Source of the DNA: Terrimicrobiaceae bacterium
Lineage (GTDB): Bacteria; Verrucomicrobiota; Verrucomicrobiia; Chthoniobacterales; Terrimicrobiaceae
Direction of reading: 5' to 3'
Length of the DNA stretch: 64,000 nucleotides
Assembly: GCA_044342325.1 (NCBI GenBank)
Contig: JBIIPZ010000002.1
Location: 79,138 to 143,137 of the forward strand
The position numbers and the translations under genes are program-made. The notes under the pieces were generated by a model. It made no database searches, was not told the DNA's origin, and saw only the letters and a program-made list of their open reading frames with translations. Below, in pieces: positions 1 to 10,130 of the stretch (position 1 is the stretch's first letter; each line of letters opens with the position of its first letter).

Positions 1-78
1 CGCCAGTGGTTCCGTATGGTGTTCCCAGAACATCATACTTCTCTGTGGCCCCGTTTCGGTCTTCCGTCAAATGGCGAC

Positions 79-1146
79 TCAATCCAACATCCGGAAGGTG
101 TCCGATTTTTGGATGCTCCGGATGAATGCCGCTGCAAGCTTCGCCGCGTTTTTGGCATCCGCGAGCGAGATCATTTCCACCGGCGAGTGCATGTAGCGCA
201 GCGGGACCGAGATGAGCCCACAGGCGACGCCATCGCGGCTTGTGTAGATCACATCGGCATCCGTGCTCGTGCTGCGGGAAACCGCTTCGTGCTGGAGCGG
301 GATTTTATGCTTCTCGGCGACTTCGATGAGGCGCTGCATAACGAGCGGATGGTTCGCCGCTCCGTGGGAAATGGTCGGGCCTTTCCCCAGTTCCACAAGA
401 CCGTGTTCCTTCACATTGATGCCCGGTGTGTCGGTCGCATGGGTGACATCAAAGACAATCGCGACGGATGGTCTGATGCGGTGCGCCGCCATCTGGGCGC
501 CCCGGCAACCGATTTCCTCCTGCACGGCATTGACGGCATAGGTCGAAGCGTGAGGCCGTTTTTTGTCGGCATGGAGATCAGCCAGAATATTCGCCAGAAT
601 GAATCCGCCGATCCGGTTGTCCAACGCCCGCCCAACGATGAGTTCATCGGAAAACTCGATCGCATCATCGACAAAGACCGCCGGCGTTCCGACGCGGATG
701 CCGAGTTTTTCGACATCCTTCGCGGAAGATGCCCCGACATCGATGAAGAGTTCCTTCCACTCGGCGGGTTTGTCTTTCGAAGTATCCCGCAAGTGAATCG
801 CTGTATTGCCGATCACGCCCTGCACAATTCCTTTGGAGCCAAAAAGTCTGATCCGCCGCGCCGAAGCCAGCGTGCGGTCGGAACCTCCGATTGGCCCGAC
901 AGCCAGAAAGCCCTTGTCATCAATATGCCTCACAATAAATCCAATCTCATCCGCGTGAGCCTCCAGCATGACCCTCGGAGCCTTGGTATCCGAACCCTCC
1001 AGCACAGCCCAAGCATTCCCGTGCGGATCCGAGTCAACCCGGTCCGCATGCGGAGTCACATTTTTGATCCAAAGCCGCTGACCGTCTTTCTCCCATCCTG
1101 AAGGACTGGGCGTGGCAAGAATTTCGAGGAGGTTTTTCGTTTTCAT
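79..1146 (-). CDS. M42 family metallopeptidase (aminopeptidase/endoglucanase-like)
   Basis: M42 motifs PSPSGWE, AHADEIG, ALDNRIG, QEEIG, DVTHA, RYMHSPVE. Confidence 0.9.
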   Translation of the reverse strand: MKTKNLLEILATPSPSGWEKDGQRLWIKNVTPHADRVDSDPHGNAWAVLEGSDTKAPRVMLEAHADEIGFIVRHIDDKGFLAVGPIGGSDRTLASARRIRLFGSKGIVQGVIGNTAIHLRDTSKDKPAEWKELFIDVGASSAKDVEKLGIRVGTPAVFVDDAIEFSDELIVGRALDNRIGGFILANILADLHADKKRPHASTYAVNAVQEEIGCRGAQMAAHRIRPSVAIVFDVTHATDTPGINVKEHGLVELGKGPTISHGAANHPLVMQRLIEVAEKHKIPLQHEAVSRSTSTDADVIYTSRDGVACGLISVPLRYMHSPVEMISLADAKNAAKLAAAFIRSIQKSDTFRMLD

Positions 1147-1243
1147 AAAAGTGGAGTTCTAAATGCTCTAACAGAATTCGTGTAAGGCCCGCACCCTGTT
1201 TCTGTGATGGAAATCCGGCGCCTGCGTCTGTAGTTTGCCTGCA

Positions 1244-2221
1244 ATGAACCGTCGGGGGAGCTTTGCCAAGAAGGAACCAGTGGCCAATCGCGATGCGTGG
1301 GGGCGTTGGCTTTGGCCGGCGTTGATTGCGTCGATTTTGCTGCATCTGCTTTTTTGGAATTGGTCGCGGCATTTTCCGGTGGAGCGGATGAGTGAAGAGT
1401 TTTACGAGAAAATTGTCCCTCGCACATTTCAGGTGGAGCGGGTGGAAATCGATCCGCGCCTCTTGGAGCCTGAGCGGGAGGAGGAGGCCAAGGCCCGTGT
1501 GGCTCCGGTAGCCTTTCAGTTGCCTGCGGAGAGTTTTTCTTCGGAGAAGATTGTTTCCGAGGCCCCAGATGCAAAAAATCCTCCGCGATTGGACACGGCG
1601 ATCCTAAATGAAAAGCCCGTTCTGGGTGATGCGGTGAATCAGGGCGTGCCGATTCCAAGCTCCTTACCGATGGCGGCGGACGCGCCGTTGGAGGACATGC
1701 TCAAGGAAATGCCCACATTGAAAAGCGACCCTCTGGCCTCACTGCCCCAGCCGGTGGCTGTCGCACAAGCGGGGAAAAGCTTGTCCGCCCAGCCGGCCGA
1801 TGGACGGGGCTTCACAAACCTTGATGAGCTGCTTGCGCAGACCGGTCCGCTCTCGCCCGAGACGGCGCCGATTCTGCTGCCGGGAGATTTGCTTTTTGAA
1901 TATGACGCCTATCGCCTCCAGCCCGGGGCTATCTCCAGCATGCAAAAGCTTGGCCAACTCCTTCTGCGCACCCCTCGCTCGCGTTTTCTCATCGAAGGCC
2001 ACAGTGATTCGTTCGGGCCGGATGACTACAATCTGCGCCTCAGCGAACTCCGTGCGCAGACCGTGAAGGAATGGCTGATCTCCTCGATGGGTATTCCTGC
2101 CGATTCCATAGAAACGCGTGGCTTCGGCGAGTCCCGGCTTGTGGCGCCCGCGACAGGAAGCATCGAGGAGCAACAAATCAACCGCCGCGTCGAAATCGTC
2201 ATCCGTCCGCCCGCGCCATGA
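1244..2221 (+). CDS. Membrane-anchored OmpA/MotB C-terminal domain protein with Pro-rich linker
   Basis: N-terminal TM (LWPALIASILLHLLFW); C-terminal IEGHSD...YNLRLSELRA...GFGE...NRRVEIVI; ATG at 1244 preferred over TTG at 1235. Confidence 0.85.
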   Translation: MNRRGSFAKKEPVANRDAWGRWLWPALIASILLHLLFWNWSRHFPVERMSEEFYEKIVPRTFQVERVEIDPRLLEPEREEEAKARVAPVAFQLPAESFSSEKIVSEAPDAKNPPRLDTAILNEKPVLGDAVNQGVPIPSSLPMAADAPLEDMLKEMPTLKSDPLASLPQPVAVAQAGKSLSAQPADGRGFTNLDELLAQTGPLSPETAPILLPGDLLFEYDAYRLQPGAISSMQKLGQLLLRTPRSRFLIEGHSDSFGPDDYNLRLSELRAQTVKEWLISSMGIPADSIETRGFGESRLVAPATGSIEEQQINRRVEIVIRPPAP

Positions 2222-4959
2222 GTCAGCCTCCCGAACCGCACACGCTTGAAAAATCCGCCCTCGAACTCTCCAAGAGTGCCCGTGCCGGAAACAACGACCC
2301 GGTCATTCTTTTTAAAAACTTCCGCAAGGAGGAGGAGGAGCGCCTGCGTTCCTGGCACGATGCCGGTGGCGGTGGGCGCGAGATTGCCCGTCAGCGCTCG
2401 GACATGGTCGATATCCTGTTCCGCGAGCTTTTCGATGATGTCGTGCGCCGCGTGGCGAAAAAATCCCTCGCCGGTCGCTTGACGGTCGCGGCTTTTGGAG
2501 GCTACGGCCGTCGCGAACTCACGCCGATGAGCGATGTGGATATTCTCTTCCTGCAGAATAAAAACACCGCGGACAAAGAAGTGGAGGAAATCATCCGCCA
2601 GACGCTCGTGGCTCTCTGGGATATAGGCTTCAAGGTCGGACACGCAACGCGATCGATCAGCGAGGCCGTGGAGAAATGCAACGAGGATCCGATCACAAAA
2701 ACCTCGATGCTTGAGTGCCGATTCCTGGCCGGCGAGCGCGAGATTTTCAACCGCTTCAAGGACCGCTTCCACGACGAGTGCGTGCGCGGCCACGCCGACC
2801 AATACACCGCTTGGCGGTTGGCGAACCAAGCTGAGCTGCGCGTCAAATACGGCCGCACCGTCTTCATGCAGGAGCCGAACATCAAGAGCGGCACGGGCAG
2901 TCTGCGCGATTACCAGAGTCTGCTCTGGATTTCCCAATTCAAGCTGGGGATCAACACCACCGCGAAGCTGGTCGAGGCCAAGGTTCTTCGTGATGGCGAC
3001 CGGCGACGCCTTGAGAAAAGTTATGACTTCATGCTGCGCACCCGCGCCGCCATGCAATACCTGAACGGCCGCTCGGCTGATGTCCTCACCCTCCAGCTCC
3101 AGGGGCGTGTGGCCAATGAATTCAGCTATCCCCAGAAAAACATCCTCCGCAAGGTCGAGGCCTTCATGCGCGACTACTATGGCCATGCGCGGACGATCTA
3201 CCTGGTTACCGAGGCAGCGCTCCGGAAAATGGAGGTCATTCCCGATGCACGCCCAAAGGGGATTCTCAGCCTCTTCGGTGTTCGACAGAAACCTGAGAAA
3301 CTCGATCGTTTCATCATTCGAAATGGCAAGCTCGAACCCGAGTCGCGCGAGATTTTCAATGACGACCCCTATCGGCTCATGCGGGCCTTCCACCACGCCC
3401 AGGTCCGCCAACTCGAATTCCACCCTGAGCTTGTGGATCTCATCCGCCGCCGTCTGCACCTGATCGACCGCACTTTCCAATACGCCATTGCCGCGAGGGA
3501 GACCTTCTTCGCCATTCTGTCCCGCAAGGGGGAAGTCGGGCGGACTCTGCGACTCATGCATGATCTGGGAGTCCTGGGTCGCTACATTCCCGAGTTCGGC
3601 GCGCTGGATTGTCTCGTTCAGCACGAGTTTTTCCACCGCTACACGGCAGATGAGCACACGCTCGTCTGCATCGAGAAGCTCGACGGCGTTCTCTTCGCAG
3701 CGGAAAAAAAACTCGCCGGCTACCGGCAGATTTTTCAGAAGCTCGAAGACCCCTCGATTCTTTATCTCTCGATCTTGCTCCATGATGTCGGGAAGGCCGC
3801 CAACACGCGCCATCACGAAGAGACCGGAGCCGTCCTAGCCCACAAGGTCGCGCGTCGGCTTCAGCTTACCCCCGATCGTCGTCGTATGCTCCTGACGCTG
3901 GTGGATTCGCACTATGTCCTCTCCAAGATGGCTCAAAGCCGGAATCTCGAGGACTCTGCCACGATCGAGGAGTTCGGGCGTATTATCCGCAACAGGAAAA
4001 ACCTCGACGCCCTCATGCTGCTCACGCTCGCGGACGGCATGGGCACCAGTGACCAGAATTGGTCCGATTGGAAAGAGGGTCTCGTATGGACACTCTACCG
4101 CCGCGCGGGCCAATGGCTCGAAGGTGGTGTCGATGCCATGGAGCAGAGTCGCCGCGACCGCCAGGTGCAGAGAAGCATGGTGCTTGAGATTATCGGTGAT
4201 GGATTTCGTGATGAGGCGGATGCCCACTTCCAGTTCATGCCGATGCGGTATTTTCAAATGTATGAGCCGCTCGAGATTGCCGATCACATGCGGCTGTTCC
4301 GGCAATTCTTCGAGAACCGAAATGCCGATGACGACACGGCGCTTGTTCCCGTATTCAAATGGATCCCTCGCCCGGAGAAAGGCTACACCGAGGTGTGGGT
4401 TTGCGGTTGGGACCGCCCGCGCCTCCTGGAGCGCATCGCCGGGGCATTTCTGTCGGTGCGATTGAACATTCTCAGCGCCGATATTTTTACCCGCACGGAC
4501 AGCCTCGCCCTCGATATCTTCCGTGTGGCCGGGACGAATCTCATGCCGATCACCAGCCCGCGCGATATCGTTTCTGTGGAGAAGCACCTCGCCGAGGCGC
4601 TGCACCATGAGGACTATGATTTCCGTCCGTTGCTCAGCAAGGAGACGCGCCTTCTCACCTATCGCCTCTCGCAAGAGTTCGACCTGCCCACGCTCATCAA
4701 AATCGACAACGAGTCGCACCCGGTTTACACGCTCATCGATATCCAAACCCCCGACCGTCTCGGGCTTCTCTACGACCTCCTGCGGGCCATGGGTGACTGC
4801 GGGCTTCGTATCGAGATTTCCCGCATCACGACCGAGATGGATGTCGCGATGGACTCCTTTTACGTCTATGGGCGTGATGGAGAAAAAATCACCTCCACAC
4901 CGGCCATCAAGCATCTTCAAGAGGCCCTGCACCGAGCTGCCGTGAAGAATCCCGAATGA
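2218..4959 (+). CDS. glnD: [Protein-PII] uridylyltransferase/uridylyl-removing enzyme
   Basis: GGYGRREL..SDVD nucleotidyltransferase motif, EPNIK, HRYTADEHT, HD motif (HDVGK), two C-terminal ACT domains (DRPRLL, DRLGLL); ATG at 2218 overlaps the upstream TGA. Confidence 0.95.
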   Translation: MSQPPEPHTLEKSALELSKSARAGNNDPVILFKNFRKEEEERLRSWHDAGGGGREIARQRSDMVDILFRELFDDVVRRVAKKSLAGRLTVAAFGGYGRRELTPMSDVDILFLQNKNTADKEVEEIIRQTLVALWDIGFKVGHATRSISEAVEKCNEDPITKTSMLECRFLAGEREIFNRFKDRFHDECVRGHADQYTAWRLANQAELRVKYGRTVFMQEPNIKSGTGSLRDYQSLLWISQFKLGINTTAKLVEAKVLRDGDRRRLEKSYDFMLRTRAAMQYLNGRSADVLTLQLQGRVANEFSYPQKNILRKVEAFMRDYYGHARTIYLVTEAALRKMEVIPDARPKGILSLFGVRQKPEKLDRFIIRNGKLEPESREIFNDDPYRLMRAFHHAQVRQLEFHPELVDLIRRRLHLIDRTFQYAIAARETFFAILSRKGEVGRTLRLMHDLGVLGRYIPEFGALDCLVQHEFFHRYTADEHTLVCIEKLDGVLFAAEKKLAGYRQIFQKLEDPSILYLSILLHDVGKAANTRHHEETGAVLAHKVARRLQLTPDRRRMLLTLVDSHYVLSKMAQSRNLEDSATIEEFGRIIRNRKNLDALMLLTLADGMGTSDQNWSDWKEGLVWTLYRRAGQWLEGGVDAMEQSRRDRQVQRSMVLEIIGDGFRDEADAHFQFMPMRYFQMYEPLEIADHMRLFRQFFENRNADDDTALVPVFKWIPRPEKGYTEVWVCGWDRPRLLERIAGAFLSVRLNILSADIFTRTDSLALDIFRVAGTNLMPITSPRDIVSVEKHLAEALHHEDYDFRPLLSKETRLLTYRLSQEFDLPTLIKIDNESHPVYTLIDIQTPDRLGLLYDLLRAMGDCGLRIEISRITTEMDVAMDSFYVYGRDGEKITSTPAIKHLQEALHRAAVKNPE

Positions 4960-7475
4960 CTCCCCGGTTTGTGGCTCTTTTCTGGAGGCAGATTGTCCGT
5001 CCATGGGCAGCGCACCCCCTTCTGCCGCTGCTCAACATCCTCGGCATAGCCATCGGTGTTGCGGTTTTCCTTTCGATTCAGATGGCCAATCGAGGCGCTC
5101 TGGCGAGTTTTCAAAATGCCGTTGGCCTTGTTGCGGGTCGCGCGAATCTCGAAATCCGGGGCGATTTGCCTGAGGAGATTTTTCCGCTCGTTGCCAAGAC
5201 GCCCGGCGTCAGTTCGGCCACGCCGCTTGTTGAAGGCATAGCCACCCTGCCGGAGCGCCCTGGCGATTACTTGCGCATTCTTGGAGTGGACCCTTTCACC
5301 GGATCCAACCTGAGGGTTTTTGAACTCATCGATCCGGCTGGCGCTCCGCTTGATCTGGAAATGTGGCTGCGGGAGGCGGATGTCATTGCGCTGCCTCCCG
5401 GTCGTGAATTGCCTGAGGAATTCCGTGTTCTAGCCGCCGGTCGGTCCGTGACCTTGCGACATGGATTTGATCTCAAGACAGACGATGCCGCCGTGGCATC
5501 CGATCCCCGTATCGCTGCGATGGATATCGGCTGGGCGCAGCAGTTGCTCGATCTGGGTGGACGCCTCACATCCATTCAGATTCGCGTTGAGGATCCGCTC
5601 GCGCTAGATGCCGTCATGGAAGCTCTCCGAAAAATCGCTCCTCCGGATGCGCTCATCGGTCCTCCAGCCCGCCGGGGTGCGGAGACAGAGCTCATGCTGG
5701 CCGCCTTCCAACTCAACCTGACCGCCCTGAGCCTCGTTTCCATGGTTGTTGGAGTCTATCTCATCTACAACAGCCTCTCGGCGGCCGTCGTCCGCAGGCG
5801 GCATGAAATCGGCATCCTTCGCGCAAATGGAGCCACCAAGCTCGAAGTGATGGCGCTTTTTCTTGGTGAGGGCCTTTGCTGCGGTTTTTTGGGAACGCTG
5901 CTCGGCCTTGCCCTGGCGGGCCCCTTGGCCGCGATCCTCGCCGCGCCTGTGAGCCAGACGGTTTCTTCCCTCTATGCGTTGGTCACGATTGAGCGCCCTG
6001 TTCTCACTCCCGGTCAAGTGCTGCTGGCCTTTGCCGTTGGCCTCGGATCCTCGCTCATCGCCGCTTGGCGTCCGGCATCGGAAGCGGCGGCCTGCGATCC
6101 TGCTCTCGTAATTCGTCCGGGCTCGCAGGGAGACTCGTTCTCGCATGAATCCCGCCACTGGGGAACTTGGGGCCTCGTCTGTCTGATCCTCTCGGCAGGA
6201 CTCTCCTGGGGAGCGCTCCACGGCGGGGGAAAATTTCTCGGGTTTGCCTCTGTGGCCTTGCTCATAGCTGGTTTTTCGCTGCTCGTGCCATCGGTGGTGA
6301 ATCTCTTCGTTCGGCGCATTCACGGGCCGGGGTGGATGGTCCGCCTCGCGGCACAGCACCTCGGGCGCTCCCTGCATCGCAATGCCGTTACCATCGCTGC
6401 CCTTGCTGTGGCTGTCGCTATGACGGTGAGCGTTTCCGTGATGATCCACTCGTTCCGCGCCAGCGTGACCTCTTGGCTTGGCAATACGCTCGTCGCCGAT
6501 CTTTTTATCGCCCCCGCCGCCAATGAAATTGCAGGGCTCCAGAGTTTCCTGCCATCCGCCGCTGTGGAGTGGGTGCAAAGCGATTCCCGGGTTAAGGAAC
6601 TCGCCACCTTCCGAGAAATGCCGGTGCCCTGGGGCGAAAAGAGCGCTAACCTCGCGATTATCGAGGGCAGTGCACGCGGCGAATTGGATTTCGTCGCCGG
6701 CCCGCCCGATGCCCGCGCCCTATTCTATCAACCGGGCATGGTCGCCGTCTCGGAGAGTTTTGCGAACCGCCATGGCACAAAGCCCGGTGATGTTTTGGAG
6801 TTTTCCTCACCCAAGGGTCCGGCTGCATTCCGTGTTGTGGGAGTGATCAAAGATTTCACGCGGGACAGCGGTCTGGTGATGATCGATCGCCCCAACTTCC
6901 GCCAATTCTGGAGCGATGAGCGCCTCCACTCGCTTTCGATCAGCTTGCGTGATCCCGCCAACGCAGCCGCTTTCGCAGAGGATTTTCGAGCCACTTTTGG
7001 GCGCGCTGGCGAGTTTTCGATTTATACAAATTCCGACCTGCGCCGACGCGTCATGGAAATTTTCGACCAGACCTTCGCCGTCACTTCCGTCCTGCGGGCC
7101 ATCGCTGTGGTCGTGGCGATCGCAGGCGTCCTGCTCTCGCTCACCACACTCGTTGTCGAGCGCGAGCGCGAAATCGGTATTCTCCGTTCTCAAGGTGCCT
7201 CTTGCGGCCAAGTGCGAGGACTCATCCTCTCCGAAGCCGCCATGATCGGTCTGCTCGCTGCCATCGTCGGCCTCCTGTGCGGCGCTTCCATGGCCATGGT
7301 GCTCACTTGGGTCATCAACAAAGCTTTCTTCGGCTGGACCATCGAACTCCGCTACCCGCTTGGCGTCCTCCTTTCAACCCCGCTTTGGATTATCCCAGCC
7401 GCCGTCTTCGCCGCTTGGCTCCCCGCTCGCCGAGCCTCGCTCATCTCGCCTGCCAGAGCGCTTCGGTTCGAGTAA
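4956..7475 (+). CDS. FtsX/MacB-like ABC transporter permease (duplicated, AttFG-like)
   Basis: Two MacB/FtsX repeats, each with RRHEIGILRA/EREREIGILRS motifs; multiple TM segments. Confidence 0.88.
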   Translation: MTPRFVALFWRQIVRPWAAHPLLPLLNILGIAIGVAVFLSIQMANRGALASFQNAVGLVAGRANLEIRGDLPEEIFPLVAKTPGVSSATPLVEGIATLPERPGDYLRILGVDPFTGSNLRVFELIDPAGAPLDLEMWLREADVIALPPGRELPEEFRVLAAGRSVTLRHGFDLKTDDAAVASDPRIAAMDIGWAQQLLDLGGRLTSIQIRVEDPLALDAVMEALRKIAPPDALIGPPARRGAETELMLAAFQLNLTALSLVSMVVGVYLIYNSLSAAVVRRRHEIGILRANGATKLEVMALFLGEGLCCGFLGTLLGLALAGPLAAILAAPVSQTVSSLYALVTIERPVLTPGQVLLAFAVGLGSSLIAAWRPASEAAACDPALVIRPGSQGDSFSHESRHWGTWGLVCLILSAGLSWGALHGGGKFLGFASVALLIAGFSLLVPSVVNLFVRRIHGPGWMVRLAAQHLGRSLHRNAVTIAALAVAVAMTVSVSVMIHSFRASVTSWLGNTLVADLFIAPAANEIAGLQSFLPSAAVEWVQSDSRVKELATFREMPVPWGEKSANLAIIEGSARGELDFVAGPPDARALFYQPGMVAVSESFANRHGTKPGDVLEFSSPKGPAAFRVVGVIKDFTRDSGLVMIDRPNFRQFWSDERLHSLSISLRDPANAAAFAEDFRATFGRAGEFSIYTNSDLRRRVMEIFDQTFAVTSVLRAIAVVVAIAGVLLSLTTLVVEREREIGILRSQGASCGQVRGLILSEAAMIGLLAAIVGLLCGASMAMVLTWVINKAFFGWTIELRYPLGVLLSTPLWIIPAAVFAAWLPARRASLISPARALRFE

Positions 7476-7536
7476 GGCAATCCCGCCCCGGTTTTCGCTC
7501 CCCTCGAGTTGAGCTTTCTTGGTAATTGTCCAATGA

Positions 7537-8364
7537 ATGAAACATCTCTTTGTCTTTTTGACTGCTTTCTTTGGCTTCTCAGTCTTCGTCTCTGCGGCTG
7601 AGACTGCAAATGCGGCCACCGTCGTGGATTGGTCGGCTGGCTGGATTCAAAATCCCAGCGCTTGGGCGACTCTTGCTCTCTTAGTCGGGCTCGAGCTGGT
7701 GCTTGGCATCGACAACATTCTGGTCATCACTCTTGTCGTGGGACGCATCGATCCATCGCTCAGGGATAAGGCACGGATGATCGGGCTGTTTCTGGCACTG
7801 GCCATGCGTCTCGCTGCCCTTTGTGGAGCGAGCCTGCTCATCAGCATGAGCAATCCGGTGACCTCGCTTTTCGGTTTCAACCTCTCGGTGAAAGATCTCA
7901 TTCTGCTGAGTGGCGGGCTGTTTCTTACATGGAAGGCTGTGAAGGAAATCCACCACTGCGTGGAAAATCCCACACCGCAAGGTGGAGCGAGTCTTGGCGG
8001 CGCTGTGACGGCAACCTTTGCTTCCGCGATTCTTCAGATCGTGCTTCTGGATGCGGTCTTCTCGATTGATTCGGTCATCACGGCTGTGGGGCTCACATCC
8101 AGCATGCAGGTGATCATCATAGCAGTGTTGGGTTCATTTGGAGTCGTGCTGGCTTTTGCCAAACCCATCGGAGAGTTCGTCGTCCGCCATGCCGCTCTAA
8201 AAATATTGGCACTCTCTTTTCTGATCTGCATCGGAATGACCCTGATTCTTGAAGGTCTGCACAAGCATGTGGAAAAGGAATTCCTCTACCTGCCCATGGG
8301 ATTCGCCCTGTTGGTGGAAATGCTGCAAATGCGCGCGAGCCGGAATGCGACCCGACAGCAGTAA
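7537..8364 (+). CDS. TerC family membrane protein
   Basis: LELVLGIDN and LDAVFSIDSVITAVG TerC motifs. Confidence 0.9.
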   Translation: MKHLFVFLTAFFGFSVFVSAAETANAATVVDWSAGWIQNPSAWATLALLVGLELVLGIDNILVITLVVGRIDPSLRDKARMIGLFLALAMRLAALCGASLLISMSNPVTSLFGFNLSVKDLILLSGGLFLTWKAVKEIHHCVENPTPQGGASLGGAVTATFASAILQIVLLDAVFSIDSVITAVGLTSSMQVIIIAVLGSFGVVLAFAKPIGEFVVRHAALKILALSFLICIGMTLILEGLHKHVEKEFLYLPMGFALLVEMLQMRASRNATRQQ

Positions 8365-8415
8365 TGCCGGGCGATTTCATTTGCCTTGCCCCAGACCGCC
8401 GAGCATAACGGCGCG

Positions 8416-9063
8416 ATGAGCGAGTTTATTGATTTTTTCCTGAACGCCGAAAAGCACCTTGAGTGGTTTATCAAAAACTACGATCTGTGGATTTACGCCC
8501 TGCTTTTCGCCATTATTTTCTGTGAGACTGGCCTCATCGTGACGCCGTTTTTGCCCGGCGATTCCCTGCTTTTTGCTGTGGGAGCCCTTGCTGGCAAAGG
8601 TCTCATCGATTGGAAAATCATCACCCCCCTGCTGCTGGTGGCGGCCATCGTTGGCGATGGCGTGAACTACGCGATCGGAAAATGGCTGGGACCAAAGGTT
8701 TTTCACTACGAGTCGAACCGCTTCCTCAACAAGGCGCACCTCATGAAAGCCCACGCCTTCTATGAAAAATACGGTGGACGCGCCATAATTCTGGCCCGTT
8801 TCGTTCCCATCGTTCGCACCTTCGCGCCCTTTGTGGCTGGCGTTGGCTCGATGACCTACTCGAAGTTTGCCTTTTACAATGTGACCGGTGCGATCCTCTG
8901 GATCGGGATCTTCCTCGGCGGCGGCTACTACTTTGGTGGTCTCGAAATCGTGCAGAAAAACATGAAGCTCGTGATCCTCGGAATCATCGTCGTTTCAGTC
9001 CTGCCGATCGCATGGGAATTCTTCAAAGCCTGGCTCGAAAAACGCCGCGAAAACGCAGCGTAG
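8416..9063 (+). CDS. DedA family membrane protein
   Basis: FCETGL..PFLPGDSLLF, GDGVNY, ARFVPIVRTFAPFVAG. Confidence 0.92.
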   Translation: MSEFIDFFLNAEKHLEWFIKNYDLWIYALLFAIIFCETGLIVTPFLPGDSLLFAVGALAGKGLIDWKIITPLLLVAAIVGDGVNYAIGKWLGPKVFHYESNRFLNKAHLMKAHAFYEKYGGRAIILARFVPIVRTFAPFVAGVGSMTYSKFAFYNVTGAILWIGIFLGGGYYFGGLEIVQKNMKLVILGIIVVSVLPIAWEFFKAWLEKRRENAA

Positions 9064-9125
9064 GTTTGAATTACCGCTCCTCGCGAGTCGGATTCACCGG
9101 CCTGCCGCCCTGCTTCGAATCCAAC

Positions 9126-9728
9126 TCAAGCGGCTGTCCATAATCCGTCGCGATCAAGACGGACGGCGATGACTTGTGAGTTCACGCCAAAGCGAGGTGC
9201 AATTTTTTCTGCGAATTTGTCGCGCAGCGGGCCGCTTGTCATGAAATTTGGAACCAATCGTTCGGCTTCCGGTGCAAACTCGTCAAATAATGCTGCGAGC
9301 CGTGTTTCCGGAACAAGCAGACGCCCGGCAAATTCGTTTGCCTCCTGCTCGACAGTGTATTTCCGGCCGTGATTGTTTGCCGTCCAACGCGCAAAATCGT
9401 GTAGGGATTTGAAATCGGATTCCTGAGGAAGATCCCGATGAAGAAAGTAGTGGGCGAGCTCATGTGCCACCGTGAAGCGCAATCGGTTGAGTTTCCATTC
9501 CGGACCTCTTTCCATCAACGCGTATTGCTCGGCATCCAGATAGATGCCGCTGAAATCCACCTTGATGGCCGCATCCACACGATACTTCGCAGCCAAGTCA
9601 TCAAATGGGATGGCGTCCAGACCGATATCGATTTCAAAAAAAGTAAAAACATCAATCGGGGTGCGATCTTCTTTCAAGATTTCGAAATGGCCCCGTAGTT
9701 CTTCGATTTTGTCCCAAACATTTTCCAT
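9126..9728 (-). CDS. ImmA/IrrE family metallo-endopeptidase
   Basis: RLRFTVAHELAH (HExxH) and EQEANEFAGRLLVP. Confidence 0.9.
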   Translation of the reverse strand: MENVWDKIEELRGHFEILKEDRTPIDVFTFFEIDIGLDAIPFDDLAAKYRVDAAIKVDFSGIYLDAEQYALMERGPEWKLNRLRFTVAHELAHYFLHRDLPQESDFKSLHDFARWTANNHGRKYTVEQEANEFAGRLLVPETRLAALFDEFAPEAERLVPNFMTSGPLRDKFAEKIAPRFGVNSQVIAVRLDRDGLWTAA

Positions 9729-9740
9729 TAGTGAGATGGC

Positions 9741-10112
9741 TTAGACCCTGTCGGCGGTGTGCAGTTTTTTGATATCCTCAGCGAGGCTCTCCAGTTCCTT
9801 GTCGCTGAGTTCGTGCCCTCGGGCTGCACGGAAGAAGGCGGGAAGAGCGCGTTGAAGGATTTGGTGGTCTGCCACATCGGCAGGAATTTCGCGCCTTTGA
9901 AGAGCTGCTTCGTCCATGAAGGCCAGTTTGTTCGCTCCAGCGAGTCCAAAGAAATCCGCTAACCGCTCCAGAAGACTGATATCGCCAGGAGGCGGATTCA
10001 CCCCTCGCTCAACTTTGCTCCAATTGCTCGGATCGAGGCCGTTTTGAGCGCAGAAATCACGCAAAGTTAATTTCTTCTGAATTCGAAGGGATTTGATGGT
10101 TTCGTTAAACAT
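9741..10112 (-). CDS. XRE family HTH transcriptional regulator
   Basis: IKSLR...LTLRDF...SNWSKVERG..PP HTH_XRE pattern. Confidence 0.88.
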   Translation of the reverse strand: MFNETIKSLRIQKKLTLRDFCAQNGLDPSNWSKVERGVNPPPGDISLLERLADFFGLAGANKLAFMDEAALQRREIPADVADHQILQRALPAFFRAARGHELSDKELESLAEDIKKLHTADRV

Positions 10113-10130
10113 GGAAATTCATTCGTTGGC

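Noticed and set aside
16..1101. Long antisense or alternate-frame ORFs (e.g. 16-1101, 2026-3816, 10494-12302, 39291-40379, 52466-53728, 60458-62053)
   Set aside because: They lie opposite well-supported genes and have no recognisable motifs; expected shadow ORFs in GC-rich DNA
9064..9125. TTCGAATCC resembling a tRNA T-loop or att remnant next to the ImmA gene
   Set aside because: No cloverleaf, T-stem pairing or matching direct repeat at the other side of the islet
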